Part shown: piece after piece, positions 63,928-64,000 of the stretch
Position numbering within the stretch: the stretch's first letter is position 1
Layout: the number at the start of each line of letters is the position of its first letter
From: a bacterium
GTDB taxonomy: Bacteria; Hydrothermota; Hydrothermia; UBA1063
Length of the DNA: 64,000 nucleotides
Direction: 5' to 3'
Assembly: GCA_030019025.1 (NCBI GenBank)
Contig: JASEFR010000004.1
Location: 12,782 to 76,781 of the forward strand
The notes under the pieces: model-generated
Told to the model about the DNA's origin: nothing
Databases searched by the model: none
The model's input: the letters and a program-made list of their open reading frames with translations, nothing else
Program-made: the position numbers and the translations under genes

Positions 63928-64000
63928 GTTTCAGAAAAAAAGACTTCTGAAATATGCCATCTATCTTCTTTTGATTTATGTTGCTTACCATTATGTAGTT

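Overview
This is a 64-kb chromosomal window from an AT-rich (about 38-40% GC by eye) diderm bacterium. Gene content suggests an anaerobe with thermophile-like protein composition. A type-IX-secretion (T9SS) C-terminal sorting domain points to the Fibrobacteres-Chlorobi-Bacteroidetes (FCB) group or a relative.

The window is gene-dense and mostly housekeeping, in genome order:
- serS (5'-truncated), a class II aldolase, alaS and a Kbl/BioF/serine-palmitoyltransferase-family pyridoxal-phosphate enzyme
- murJ; a Dak2-DegV fusion (FakA/YloV-like); nadD, a BamD-like lipoprotein and an MFS transporter
- tmRNA (ssrA) flanked by two unusually long AT-rich non-coding stretches
- a TetR-controlled RND efflux operon (TolC-like, hairpin-less membrane fusion protein, AcrB-like) with a perfect palindromic operator
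- ftsH, hpt and tilS
- an envelope cluster of two DUF3857/transglutaminase-like paralogs, a small protein and an outer-membrane beta-barrel
- a V/A-type ATPase operon in the order G-I-K-E-C-F-A-B with no D-subunit gene
- a large secreted carbohydrate-active-like protein with a T9SS sorting tail, split by a -1 frameshift at an A5 run
- a CDP-alcohol phosphatidyltransferase with a HAD hydrolase, a hypothetical protein and sdaA
- a MarR regulator, a membrane protein and a heterodimeric ABC exporter (one half with a large extracytoplasmic insertion), then thiD
- ogg, a Fur/PerR regulator, a flavodoxin-like protein, a flavin-reductase-like protein and a flavodiiron protein (an O2/NO detoxification operon)
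- an RNase HII-like protein with a roughly 110-aa insertion
- an epimerase, purM, sufS, a methyltransferase, a sarcosine-oxidase/proline-dehydrogenase-like alpha-beta pair with extra Fe-S domains, ppiD-like and eno

I saw no CRISPR array, transposase, integrase or phage genes. Several genes appear to use non-ATG starts (ATT for murJ; TTG for atpK and the flavodoxin-like gene). The ORF track mis-places several starts, noted per feature.
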